Positions 47,501 through 59,979 of a stretch of 64,000 nucleotides of DNA are shown in pieces. Origin of the DNA: Paraspadella gotoi (taxonomy: Eukaryota; Animalia; Chaetognatha); the NCBI GenBank assembly GCA_051294375.1, contig CM119265.1, positions 16,052,896 through 16,116,895 on the forward strand. Direction: 5' to 3'. The notes beneath the pieces are model-generated. The model was not told the origin of the DNA and made no database searches. It was given only the letters and a program-made list of their open reading frames with translations. The translations under genes were made by a program, and so were the position numbers. Position 1 is the stretch's first letter. Each line of letters begins with the position of its first letter.

Positions 47501-50500
47501 GAAGGGGAAAGGCGCTAAAGCGGGACGAACGGGGGTGCCATGAATAATAATAGAAATGGCCTAGCCGTAAGGGTCTGATGAATCGTTTTTTTATTTCCGT
47601 ATCTTATTTGAGCGACGAAGCCCGTCCCGAACGGTCCCCGCCCGGATCCCTCTCCGCCGGTTCGCCATCGAGTGTTTTTTCGTGTTCCGACTGAAAAAGC
47701 TGGCGAAAAGCCGTCCTCCTGGCCCCATTGATTAATGAACCACAAATAAACTAGTGAGCGAATAAACGAAGAAAGAGAAAATAATAACACCTAAGAGAAC
47801 ATCTAGCATGTTAAGCACCCAATGCAACTACGAGGAGACCCGCGGGGGGGAGAAAATGTCGAGGAATATGAAGAAAACCAAAAGTAATAAAGAAAATTCA
47901 ATATTTCTCTCTCATACATCTAACCATCTACACTCTTATCTTCCTTCTTTATATTTCCTAATACGAGTACTCCCTTCTCTGTTCTTTACGTTGTGAGCAC
48001 CAGGCTTTCAATTTCTTTTCTAACATAATTACTTTTCTTTATACCCTTTCTATCTACGTGTGTCGATTAAATCTTTCACACTCTTAACTTTTTCTTTCTT
48101 TTTTTCTTTCCTGCTCTCTCTTTCTCTCTCTCTCTCTCTCCTCTCTCTCTCGTTCCTCTCTTCTTCTCTCTCTCTCCATCTCTGTGCTCTCTCCCATCCT
48201 CTTCCAGCAGATAAGGTCTGCGCCACCTTCTCCAAGCTGATGCTCTCCGTATTCTTTCCACTTCCCGTTTTGAAGAAATTTGCTTGCCGACGAAAGTGAG
48301 GCCGGCGCAGTGAAAAAAAGGGACGGCGACCAATAAATGGCGAACACCCAAAATTGTCGAGAAAAATGCGGATAAAAAAAGAAATAAAAAAAAAAAATAA
48401 TTAGGCGGCGGGGATTAAAGAAGAGAAGGCGTGAGACAAAAAACCCACACACACAAGAATAATAGCGATCGAATACATAATAGAGGAGCTAACAGCGCGT
48501 GTTGAATAAATTTGTGTCACACGCGAAAAAAAAACAAAGTCGACTCGTATCCTCCAGAAAAAAAATATAAAAAGAGGAAAAAAGAGAGAGTGATGAAAAA
48601 AAAGTAAAGGACCAAAACTAAAAAAGGAGAAACAAACAAGTAAGCAGAATATTGGGGGATTAAAAGTGATTGTCAGCGGTTTCGCCGTTTTCGGTTCGCG
48701 TCCTAGCACGGTTAGTGCGTCTAGTCCGCAGGGCCCGCCAGGCGCACCAATCTTTAGCAATCCCACACCACACTGACCCTCTTAACCATGCATCACCCCC
48801 CCTGTTTTTCCCCCACCAACCCTTCAACAATATATCCGCCTCTCCCACACTCTTCTCGAAACGCCTCGCAAAACCTCCTCCTCCCTTCCGTTCACCAGGA
48901 TTCGTAATTCTGCGCCAACGGGTACCGTCGAAATTTGAAATTTTGAAATGAAAAACTTCCATACAAATATGAATTATTTTATTCAATATCAAGTATCCGA
49001 AGAACAAATTTCTAGTCTCCGCCAGAAACTATTTAATACGTAGAACCCAGCATTTTTTGCCAACACCCGGACACATATTTTAAAATTTTAAATCCCAAAA
49101 AAGAAACGAGAGTCGTTCATATATCTCTCCTCCTCTATATACAGATGCGCATTTTGGCGGATTTTCTATCTTTTCTCCCCTCGCCGCGGACACTGTTTAC
49201 TCGTCTCTTTCGTTCCTTCCTCCGAGTAAAAGTGTAGGGAGCAATCGGAATCTGCGCTAAGGTTGCGGTGGCTCTCGACTATGCGTTGGGAAGTTCGCCT
49301 TTACTGATTAGACGATTACACCACTCGTCGAAAGGGAAGGAATCTAGGCAGGCACAAAATTAATTCCGAAAAAAGCACAACGAGCCATATATTATGCGAG
49401 GGCCCATTTACCAATACGCGACTTTATATAATTTACGGGTCTACAAATTACAATGAAGGTTGATGGAATAAGCATAGCCGGTAACAAACAACTTTGGGAT
49501 ATTAGGTAGACTCAAAGGATAAAAAACCATATAAGGGACAGGATTAGTTTTGAAAGATTATAATAGGTATTAAAGCCTAAAATTAAAGATTAGGTAGAAC
49601 CGAGTTAAGGAGTAGGATTAGGTGTTAAGAGCAACGCCATTAGGTATAGGTATTAAAGCTAAAATTAACAGAACAGCATTAAGAATCGCTTCCCTTAAAA
49701 TTCATGTCCACGAAAATAAATTAGGAGGGAAATTGTGAAAGACCTCTCTTTATTCACCCTCCAATCGAACTAACCCCCCGTTCGTGCCCAAGATGCAAGG
49801 TCCCCTCACTTTCGTAACCTGCACCTCCTTTCCTCCCCTCTGTTTGTCACGCACGCACCCGTCGGCACTCAGGCAAAAACGGCATCGCAGTGCAGCGGTA
49901 ACATCTTTGAGCAATTTTTCGTCTTTCATCCCGCCCTACGCTATAACATCGCCTTTTTCATCGAGTCGCCTCACCGCCGCCGCCGCCGACCCCCGCGCGC
50001 CGCCGCCGCCGCCGCCGCCGCCCGCCTCCCTCCCCATTGCCCTTCTTCCTTATATCTCCTTCATACCGTCCCCAGTATGGTATAGGCGATGGTCCCTTTT
50101 TAGTCACGTCGCCCCCTTGAAGTACGAACCCTGAGCGCTCATTTTGCCAGGAAGTCATCGTCGTCTATTCGTCGTCGTCGGTGATTACGTCGTTCGCTCG
50201 TCTTCTTTGTTCGTTCGTCCTCGGCAATCTGCCTACGTTCCTGGACGATCGTTTCTCACGGAGACGTCCTGGACTGGGATTTTAGAGAGTGGAGGCACTT
50301 AGGCCGGCACATAAATCGAAACACTTTATAACGTTCATGTTCTACTCAAAAAAAAATCTTTTTCCTCCTATTAACTAAGACTCGATTTTTCAAGAGCAAC
50401 TTTGTTGATTAGTTCATTGGCTTTATGCTATCCTGAACTTTTACAACATATATTAATATATAACAATGATCAAAAGTCTCTTTTTTATATTCTCCTATTT

Positions 50501-53500
50501 TTAAGAACGGGGAAAAGCTTAAATGAATTAGTAACCTTCCAATTTTAAAAATTTTGACCCAATAATATTTTGGGTTAAAAAATTAAAAAAACCCTTAAAA
50601 AATTATCATTAGTCATCATCATTGGCTGAATTTTTATATGTTTTTAAAAACTTTTGATCAATAAGCTCCTTCAATAAAAGTAATTTATGACAACAAACAT
50701 CCGTTTATTGAGTTATAATAACTTTTAGTACTAAACTTTTAAAGGCGTGGCGTGAACCAGAATCTAATGAAAAAAATAAATGCGTAAAAAACAATATTCT
50801 TAACTTTCACATCCCTATCTCTATTTTCCCGGTTGAGCCCGGTGTTCGTTTTGAAGGTTACGGAGACAGACGATTTCAAAAATTGTTATATTTTCGTTTA
50901 CAAACACAATTTTCTTTGATATAATCTAATACAAAACAAATCCACTTGTCTTGTAACAATAAAAAAATAAACCTTTTTCTCCAACTTCTATAAATAAATA
51001 AAAATAAAATAACAATCTCGTTTAGACTCGGCTTCTCGGACGGTGCGCTTATTAAACTAAGATACAAATTATTTAAAAAAAAAAATTATTATTCATATTC
51101 TCTAACAGTCACTTAATCAATATTTAATTTGAGAGAACTGGTCATATTTCTTCATACCTATTCTTCTCGGTTATGTGCGAGGCACTCTCGCGTCCTGCCG
51201 GTGAGAGTGGGCAGCGTAGTGTAGATTAATTCACCTAATTCTTTCTGTAGTAAAAAGAAGAGTATTGTTTAAGACTCTTACAGAAATTTTTAATCCTGAA
51301 CCCGGGATTTAAGAAATTAAAGATAATTTTTAAATTTCTTACCAAGCGGTTGCTCCGGATAATTGAGTGGTGTCATTTTTTATGAAGCAATTCTAATTCT
51401 TCGCTCACCCAGTATCGGGTTATCTACATCATCGCCTCTTTGTCCGGATTTTAATTAGCCTTCCAGGTAGGAAAAAAGAGAAAACAAAAGAACAACCGAT
51501 TTCTCGGCTAATCACCATCGCGTTAGCGAGCATAAATCCACCGACTTTTTCAGAACGGAGCATAATACTCACCGTCCGTGTCCTTCCATTCACAAATGTG
51601 AATATATAAAATTGCCGGATCGGGAGCCCCGTATCATCGATGGAAGCTCCCGAGATTTTTATATCATTTCTCACCCGCCTCACGTCAAGAACGCTAACGA
51701 GAAAAATGAAGCAAATAAAAATTGAAAAAAGAAAAGGAAATTAAAGACCTCAATAGGGAGGTTAGGTGTTCTTTCTGTCTTTTATGTAAATTCTTTTGTT
51801 TACCCAAATAAGTCGAATTAAAAGAGCCCTGCATTGGAGCATCCTCATCTATATTATCATTTATTAATATATTTTCATTATCGCTTAACTCACCACGTGA
51901 CAACTTCTTGTCAACAACTGATATCCCTAACATGAAAAAGTAGAAAGGGATGTATATCGAATTATTAAAGGTTTGAGATTTCTAAATCTTAATCGTATCG
52001 TAACCCCGAATTGTAGAAAAGCTCCCGGAGTCTTGGGCAATGCCCGCCAAATGCCTTGTTTTTCTGTGTAGTTGGTATTTTGGTAATATGTGTGTCAGCA
52101 AAAGAAAGAGAGCAACGTTATTGCGCGAAGAAGAAAAAGAAGAGAGAAGACAGGCAGACCCGAGAGGACGACCTCCGAGCGGGAAAGCTTTTTGAGTGGG
52201 GACAACGACGATCCCTTCGACCGGAACTTTGGTTTTAAACCCCAAGGGTTCGGGAACGGGGGAGAGAGGTATTGGAAGGGGAGACGAGAGAGAAGAGAGA
52301 GAGGGATAAGCAGAGAAACTGCTCAGCATTGGCACCCAGCAGCGCGTTGACAAAATAACAAGCGTCACGCCGCTCTTCCGCGATCACCTCTCCCCGCGCA
52401 AAAGAGGATCTCCGTCGGCGCGTGCGCAGCAGTACGACGGTTTTAAACGGTTTTTTCGTCTCCTCTGCCGAACGAAGGGAAACAGGAAGGAGGGGGAGAA
52501 AACTTCGACGCTGGGACGGGATGTGCCGATGGCCGGAGAGCGCGAGGAACGGGAAAATTGAAAACAAGAGATGATATTACGGGCGGTTGTTGATAGGTGG
52601 GGGCAAAAAGTCTTATTTGGACTCCGGATGACGCGCTGCGAACGGGTTAAAACCGAAGGAGGGCATCGACCAAGCGATTATATTGTAAAAGATATTCACG
52701 CGACGGGCTGATTCGGATATAAACGAACAAAATTAGGCAAAACACATTAGTTTTTTTTTATGTGCGGTTGTATAGAGTCAGTCGACGTTTAGTATCCCAG
52801 TCTTGTTCATTCGAGTCGCTGAGTCCTCGATTTCATCTTTGAAAGTTTCAAAACATTTTTTTTTTCTTATTCAAACTTGGAGCGCGAACGACGATTTTAA
52901 AGTTTTTTTGAAAATTTTGGCTCCGAGTTCAGGTTTTTGACTTCGGAATTTATCTTCGATGGTTTCATACTTTTATTTGACGTAAAAAAAAATAAACTGC
53001 AAAACAGGGAAGGAGGAAAATATGTTCCGATGCATCATGGAAAATATGTATTTATACCTCAAAGATAAAACCATTGAAAAGAATTTCTTACAAACCACCC
53101 AAAAAGTATTTCTTTGTCTTGGGAAAACTGTAGAGGAAACCGAAAAATCACTCGGTCTTTTACCGTAAGGACATGACTAAATACATTTATTATATTGTAA
53201 ATATTTTTTTTATTTTTAAACTGTCAAAAAGTCTCGTTTTTGGTCACGACCCGCGCTTTCTTAGGGCGTCAACCCAGGAACAACTTGGAACGAAACAGCC
53301 CAACTTTGACTTTATCGCCTCGGCTCGAACCAATCGCCTTCTTGCAACGGCGAGTCGCCAAGTCCCTTGATTTTACGAACACGTTTCAAGGTCAAGGTCA
53401 AGACGANNNNNNNNNNGACGACAAGGACGTAGCCGACCGTTGGAACGACGATGACGACGACGATGAGTACGACGACTCTTTTGGAACGAATCCCGATTCC

Positions 53501-56500
53501 CTCGTCGCTCGTCAACGGTATCAAAGCGTNNNNNNNNNNNNNNNNNNNNNNNNNNNNNNNNNNNNNNNNNNNNNNNNNNNNNNNNNNNNNNNNNNNNNNN
53601 NNNNNNNNNNNNNNNNNNNNNNNNNNNNNNNNNNNNNNNNNNNNNNNNNNNNNNNNNNNNNNNNNNNNNNNNNNNNNNNNNNNNNNNNNNNNNNNNNNNN
53701 NNNNNNNNNNNNNNNNNNNNNNNNNNNNNNNNNNNNNNNNNNNNNNNNNNNNNNNCCCTTCTTTCATCCCGGGCGCCCTATCCTCGGCCGTTTTTTGTCT
53801 CTCCGTGTTCGCGCGTTAATGAGGTGCGTGCACGCAGGAACCCTCGCTCGCACGAGTTCACTCTCGCGCGCCGACGCACGCGCAATCTTCCCCTCGTCCT
53901 CGCGGCTTCGCACCAAGAGCTTGTTGCGTTGCACGTATGGCTGTGCTGACCTTCGCACGAATGACACCATGTGCGATTGTGCTAACATCGTAAGCTCGGC
54001 ACCAAACTTTTAAGGCATCCAAGTACGTTTCGACATTTGAACGTTTCGCGTTCACTTTGCAGAAGCGCCCACAAAGTGCAATACGGTAGGAACATNNNNN
54101 NNNNNNNNNNNNNNNNNNNNNNNNNNNNNNNNNNNNNNNNNNNNNNNNNNNNNNNNNNNNNNNNNNNNNNNNNNNNNNNNNNNNNNNNNNNNNNNNNNNN
54201 NNNNNNNNNNNNNNNNNNNNNNNNNNNNNNNNNNNNNNNNNNNNNNNNNNNNNNNNNNNNNNNNNNNNNNNNNNNNNNNNNNNNNNNNNNNNNNNNNNNN
54301 NNNNNNNNNNNNNNNNNNNNNNNNNNNGTGTCCGTCATCCCCCCCCCTTCAAACACTTTGAGTCGCGACTTTATACAGTAATATATATGTTGAATTTTCT
54401 TATAATTTGTTTATTTGATCCGGTCTTACATTTCTAAAGGATATCAAATTAACATTATATACAAATGATTACATATAATCATAAATCAAATTACAGCAAA
54501 AAAAAAAAAAGTGAAAAAAAAGGTGTTCAGTAAGTAGAAGCGCGACTTTTCGACCCAACGTCTTCGTTTCTTGTAGTTTTTCCTTCCGCTCAATTCTGAA
54601 CCGGACCCTTTTTATGTCCTTCAATGGCACTTTTTTTCCTTCTTGTTTCCTCCCATCTTTCCTTTCTCTCAACTTTATCTTTGTCAGTCTTTTTTCACAC
54701 CGATTTCAGATGTTTCTAGAGCATTTCTTTCTGTCATTCTTTCTGTCATTTCTTTCTGTCAGTTTACTCAGACTGAGACTACTTTTAATCCAAGAATATA
54801 TATTTTTTTAACACCGAATACGTACAATTTTTTCAATTGTTCTCATCTCTGTTGTAACTCCCCAAACCCCAAACTCTCTCCACTAAGATTCTATTTTTCC
54901 CTTTGCCCAAATGCTCTCGGCCTCAGGCGTCACTAAGAAAATGGAACAACGGATTCGATATTAAATTTTCGTATTCTCTGTTTTCGTCGAAATCGTCTAA
55001 ATTCCAACGGGTCGATGTGTAAGATCAATTTCGATTGCTTCCATTCTTGAACTTGTCTCGAAAACCTAAAATTTATATTTTCTCGTTAAATTTCCATTGC
55101 GTCCTTGCGCGCTCCGTTCGGGACTGAAAAGAAAAGGGAGAACGAAAAGAAGAAAAGAAGAAAAGAAGCAGAAAAAAAAAAAATTCAAGTCAAGCGCTAA
55201 AGAGTTAAAGCGTTAAACTTCCCCCATTAAAGACGTTGACTCCCAAGCAGTAGTGAGGGTAGTCGGAGGGGGGGGGTCTAAAGCGGGGCGACGGGGCGTG
55301 GCCTGGAAAGAAGGGTAGCGTGGTCGAGCGTCTATCGTCATGACGACGAGCGTCGACGTCCCGCGGTCCCTCTCGCGGTCGCATCGAGTTTCGTGTTCGG
55401 GACTGGAAAGCTGCGACGTCTCTGGCCTTGATTATTGAATAATATGGCGTATAGAAGAAAAGGAAAATATAAATAAAGAAAGCACAGATGTGTGAGGAAT
55501 GAAGACAAAAAGTAATAAGAAAATTCTTTTTCTCTCTCTCTCTCTCTCACTCTTTCTTTCTTTATTTCTTTCTTTCTTTCTTTCTTNNNNNNNNNNNNNN
55601 NNNNNNNNNNNNNNNNNNNNNNNNNNNNNNNNNNNNNNNNNNNNNNNNNNNNNNNNNNNNNNNNNNNNNNNNNNNNNNNNNNNNNNNNNNNNNNNNNNNN
55701 NNNNNNNNNNNNNNNNNNNNNNNNNNNNNNNNNNNNNNNNNNNNNNNNNNNNNNNNNNNNNNNNNNNNNNNNNNNNNNNNNNNNNNNNNNNNNNNNNNNN
55801 NNNNNNNNNNNNNNNNNNNNNNNNNNNNNNNNNCAAGGTGATGCGTCTCGTTTTTTCTTCCACTTCCGGTTTTGAAGAATTTGCTGCCGACAGAAAACGT
55901 GAGGCGGCGCAGAAAAAAAGGGACGGCGACCAAAAATGGCGAAACAAAATTGGAGAAAAATGGCGGAAAAAAAATGGCGACCAAAATAAACCAAAATATA
56001 GCGAAAGTGGATAATAGATGGAGCTAACAGCGCCGTGAAAAATTGGCGCGAAAAAAAAAAGTCGTCGTTGGGAACAGAAAATATAAAAAGAGAAAAAAAG
56101 AGAGAGAAAAAAAAAGGTATATAAATAAAGAAAGGCACAGATGTGCTGAGGAATGAAGACAAAAAGTAATAAGAAAATTCTTTTTTCCTCTCTCTCTCCT
56201 CTCACTCTTTCTTTCATTTATTTCTTTCTTTCTTTCTGTTCTTCTTCTTTCTTTTCTTTCTTTCTTTCTCTTTCTTTCTTTCTTTCTTTCTTCTTTCTTC
56301 TTCTTTCTTTCTTTTTTTTCTTTCTTTCTCTTCTCTCTTCTCTCCTCTCTCTCTCTCTTCTCTTCCTCTCTCTGCTCTCTCTCTCTCTCTTCTCTCCTCT
56401 CTCTCCTCTCTCTCCCTCCTTCCATGCAGATAAAGGCGGCGCCACCTCTCCAAGTGATGCGTCTCGTTTTTTCTTCCACTTCCGGTTTTGAAGAATTTGC

Positions 56501-57760
56501 TGCCGAGCAGAAAACGTGCCAGGCGGCGCAGAAAAAAAAGGGACCGGGCGACCAAAAATGGCGGAAAACAAAATTGGAGAAAAATGCGGAAAAAAAAAAT
56601 GGCGACCAAAATAAACAAAATATAGCGAAAGATTGGATAATAGATGGAGCTAACAGCTGCCGTTGAAAAATTGGCGCGAATAAAAAAAAGTCGGTCGTTG
56701 GGACAAAAATAAAAAAGAAAAAAAAAGAGACGAGAAAAAAAAGGACAAAAATAAAAAAAGCGAAAAAAGTAAGCGGGGTAATGATGGCATGGGTTTCGCC
56801 TGTTCCGGTTCCGGTCGGCCGTAGTCTCAGCGCGGGGCGCCCAGCCGCCATCTTTGCATTCCACCACCGACGCTATCGCTCCCCCCCCTCTTCCTCCCCC
56901 ACCCCTACATTATCCGCCCACTCCCACCGGAAACCCCGAAACCCCCCTTCGTCGTTAATCCGCGCGAATTTGGTTTGAAATGAAAACGTTTCCATAAATG
57001 ATATTTTTATTCAAAAGAGAACATTTTCTCCCGCGCTATTTTTAATACGTAGACCCGCCATTTTGAAAACGGGCCATTTTTGAAAAAAAAAGAGGAATCT
57101 CCCAAGNNNNNNNNNNNNNNNNNNNNNNNNNGAGAGGTTGGGATTTCATTTTCTCCCGCGCCCGTTGTCTCTTCGTCCTTCGGTAAGTAGGGAGCAATCG
57201 GAATCTGCGCAAGGGGTGATGGCGTTGGGGAAGTTCGCTTCTGTTGCGTCACACTCTCAAGAAAATAGGGCCACATTTTCCGAAAGCAACGCTTTTCAGC
57301 TTAAATACAGGATTATATTTAGGGTTAAAAAATAAGGTTATGGAATAACATTAGCGGTAAAAAAATTTGGTATTAGGGATTAGGTAAAACCATAAAGGAC
57401 AGGGATTAGGTTTAAAGATTATAATAGGTATTAAAGCTAAAATTAAAGATTAGGTAAACCATAAAGGATAGGGATTAGGTTTAAAGAATAGATTAGGTAT
57501 AGGTATTAAAGCTAAAATTAAAAGAAAGAATTAAGAACGCTTTCGGAAAATTCTGCCGAAAATAATTGGGGAAATTGTGAAAGCCTTATTCACCTCAATC
57601 GAATCTCCCCCCTGCTCCAAATGCATCCTATTTTAACCTGACCCTTCCTTCGACCGACCTCGGCCTGGCAACGCATCGCATCGCGTAACATGAGCAACGT
57701 CTTTCATCGCCCTAGATACATCGCCTTTTTTCGGTCGCTTCACCGCCGCCGCCGCCGCCC

Positions 57761-57792
<32 letters not shown>

Positions 57793-59979
57793 TCCCTCCT
57801 TCCCTCTTCCTTATTCTCTTCATACCGCCCACCATTGGTAGGCGTGGTCCCTTTTTAGTCCGTCGGCCACCCTGAAAAGTAGAACCCGAGCGCATTTGCA
57901 ATCATCGTCGTCTATTCGTCGTCGTCGTATTCGTCGTCGTCGTCTTCTTTGTCGTCGTCCTCGGAATCTCGCATACGGGCCTGGGACGATCGTTTCTCAC
58001 GGAGACGTCCTGGACTGGGATTTAGAGAGTGGGCACTTAGGCGGGCCAAAATTGAATACTTTTTATAACTTCTAGTTCTCTCAAAAAAATTTCTTTTTTC
58101 CTTCTATTACTAAATCGATTTTCAAAGCAACTTTTTGAATTAGGAATTAGGAATTGGGTTGTTGCACTGAAGCTTATAAATATTTATTAATATATAACAA
58201 ATGACAAAAATTTTTTTTTTAATTTTATTTTTTAAGAACGGAAAAGTTAAATGAAAGTTAGTACTACAATTTTTAAAAATTTTGACAATAAATTGGTTAA
58301 AAATTAAAAAAACCCTAAAAAATTATCATTATCATCATCATTGGCTGAATTTTATAGTTTTTAAAAATTTTTATCAATAACACAAAAAAATTTAAAAAAA
58401 TTATATTAATAACTTTTATCTAACTTTTAAAGCTCTACCAGAATCTATTAAAAAAATGTAAAAAAAATTTTAAACTTTATATATATGGTAGACATGGTTT
58501 AATCCTTTCTTTTTCATTGCGGTTTGAAGTTATAGAAAACAAAGTTTTTTATTTTGTTACAAACAACGATTTTTTGTATAATCTAATACAAAAAATCATT
58601 GTTTGTAACAAAATAAAAAACTTTGTTTCTCAAACTTTATATAGTAATAAAAATAATCTTTAAATGCTTCCGTGCGCTTATTAATAAGATAAATTAAAAA
58701 AAAAAATTTTATTTCATATTCTCTAACAGTCACTTAATCAATATTTATTTGAGAGAACTTCTAGTTTTCAAACCTATTCTGGTCTAGTGGGCACTGTCCT
58801 CTGGGATGTGGCAGGTGAGGATAATTCACTAATTCTTCGAGTAAAAGAAGAGTGATTGTTAAGCTTTACAGAATTTTAACTGAACGGGATTTAAGAAAAT
58901 AATTTTAATTTCTACAACGTTGCTCGGATAATAATTGTGTATTTTTTTGAGGAATTCGTAATCTTCGCTCATCCAGTATTTCGTTCTCATCATCGCCTCT
59001 TTTTCCGGATTTAATTAGCTCAGTAGAGAAAAAGAAAAAAAAACATTTCTCGGCTTAATCACCATCGTTCGAGCATAATCACCGACTTTTCAGAGGCAAT
59101 CACCGCCGTCGCTCATTCACAAAGAAAAAAATGGGATCACGTTCATCGATGGAACTCCGGATTTTTTCTTTCTCGCTCATCAAGAACTAACGAGAAATGA
59201 AGAAAGAAAATGAAAAAAGAAAAGAAATAAAGACCTCAATAGGAGGTTAGTGTGTAAATCTTTGTCAAAAAGTATTAAAAGAGTGCATATATTATATTAT
59301 ATATTATATATTACATACGCTACATGAAACTTGAAACACATGATCCCTCTGAATGAAGGGATCGATTTGGTGAGATCAAATCTAATCGTCGTAACGATTG
59401 TGAAAAGTCTCTGGCGAATGCCGCATGCAGGCGGTAAAGAGAAAGAAAAGAGAGGCTGACGATAGTACGAGAGGAGAGAAGCAGAGGTTCTTGGAGATGG
59501 AAGGAGAGGAGCGATCGAAGATTTGAGAAAAGAGAAAGGAGACATGCATCGGCGGAGTATCTCGAGTTAGTGAAGAGAGGGAGAGAGAAAAATAGAAACG
59601 AGAGAGAGAGAAGGGGAGAGAGAGAGAAGAAAGAGTAGAGAACGCGCGCGCGTGAAAAATAAAAGCACGCGCTCTTCGTCCGCGCAGCGTCGGCGCGAGT
59701 ACCGACGGTTTTAAACGGTTTTTTCGTCCTCTGCCGAACGAAGGGAAAAGGAGGGGAGAAAACTCGACGCTGGGACGGGATGTGCCGGATGGCCGGAGAG
59801 CGGGACGGGATTGACAAGGATATTACGGGACGGGATGGACGATGACGCGGCGTGCGACGGGACGAGATCGACCAAGATATTATTGTAAGATATTCACGCG
59901 ACGGGCTGATTCGAATAAACTGACAAAATTAGGGAACACAGTGTCGGATGTTAAGTCATTGACTTTGATCCCATCTTTG
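44557..59979 (+). repeat. Head-to-tail ~7-8-kb duplication C/C' (44557-52805 very noisy; 52806-59979 cleaner, with N-gaps), plus a nested ~650-bp duplicate at 55468-56730
   Basis: Collinear shared anchors: GATTTCATCTTTGAAAGTTTCAAAACAT (44576/52829), GCTGACCTTCGCACGAATGACACCATGTGCGATTG (45910/53945), CTGGACTGGGATTT..AGAGAGTGG (50270/58010) and CGACGCTGGGACGGGATGTGCCG (52506/59765). Confidence 0.92.
57275..57551. mobile_element. Small non-autonomous TIR-bounded (MITE-like) element with internal ~70-bp tandem repeats rich in TTAGG
   Basis: Perfect 13-bp inverted ends ATTTTCCGAAAGC (57275-57287) and GCTTTCGGAAAAT (57539-57551). The interior has two copies of GATTAGGTAAA(A)CCATAAAGGAYAGGGATTAGGTTTAAAGA...TAGGTATTAAAGCTAAAATTAAA. 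A noisy duplicate sits at about 49360-49700. No clear TSD. Confidence 0.5.

Noticed and set aside
53386-53401. TCAAGGTCAAGGTCA nuclear-receptor DR0-like site
   Set aside because: Single short motif beside an N-gap, common in invertebrate repeats, with no supporting context.
31386-56217. ORFs consisting largely of X residues
   Set aside because: They are open only because they run through N-gaps.
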